From: a virus
DNA: 64,000 nucleotides
Direction: 5' to 3' (one strand)
Virus record (IMG/VR): IMGVR_UViG_3300046787_000327
Coordinates: 48,952 to 112,951 of that record
Shown: piece by piece, positions 63,742-64,000 of the stretch
Layout of the letters: each line of letters begins with the position of its first letter
How positions within the stretch are numbered: position 1 is the first letter of the stretch
Translations under genes and position numbers: made by a program
The notes under the pieces: model-generated
The model's database searches: none
What the model was told of the DNA's origin: nothing
The model's input: the letters and a program-made list of their open reading frames with translations, nothing else

Positions 63742-64000
63742 GGGGGTTCCTTCTTTCTCTTTAATAATTTAATCCTACACTAGAACGGGGACAAATAGTG
63801 GGATATTCTTAAACTTTTTTCGGCTAGAATATGTGAAATAAATCACACTTACTTAATCCTATTTTGATCACTAGGGGGTGGGGTAGGGGGTAGCATGACC
63901 AGTCATAGGCTGGGGTACCTATGACCAGTCAAACCTACTACTCTGACTTTACTGCGATAGTACGATAGGTAGTGCGGATAGAGCGAGGGTCTTTAACCTC

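Larger units (their letters stand above)
58356..63847. promoter_or_regulatory. Seven CRP/GlxR-type palindromes TGTGA-N6-TCACA upstream of minus-strand promoters
   Basis: Perfect at 58356, 58753, 62804, 63832; one mismatch at 60063, 61628, 61730. Confidence 0.8.

Overview
A 64 kb segment of a large, AT-rich tailed dsDNA phage, probably a siphovirus, with no host chromosomal DNA evident. An actinobacterial host is inferred from WhiB, many leaderless promoters and DUF932/gp88-like genes; the low GC content and the C-terminus of a captured surface protein point to freshwater acI/Nanopelagicales-like hosts. From left to right: a 5'-truncated tape measure and tail genes (1-15.5 kb); a bacterial-type replication/recombination block with DnaB, DnaG, SSB, DnaE, MazG-like, RecA, resolvases and a Cas4-like nuclease (15.5-27 kb); terminase (27-29.7 kb); a cell-envelope/protease/lysis cluster with an S-layer-like protein, a PA14/TolA-like protein, an HslV-like protease, a subtilase and a CHAP endolysin (29.7-37.4 kb); accessory genes (oxygenases, WhiB, collagen fibre); an 11-tRNA minus-strand cluster plus a separate tRNA-Asp; and a minus-strand arm of small early-type genes. 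The strongest unexplained signals are non-coding: (1) a dispersed six-copy H-type RNA pseudoknot with compensatory changes, always on the sense strand; (2) two further candidate structured RNAs; (3) seven CRP/GlxR-type TGTGA-N6-TCACA sites at recurring distances upstream of early promoters; (4) an origin-like locus with perfect DnaA boxes, an AT-rich stretch and fixed-spacing repeats. All product calls come from motif recognition by eye; no database searches were run.
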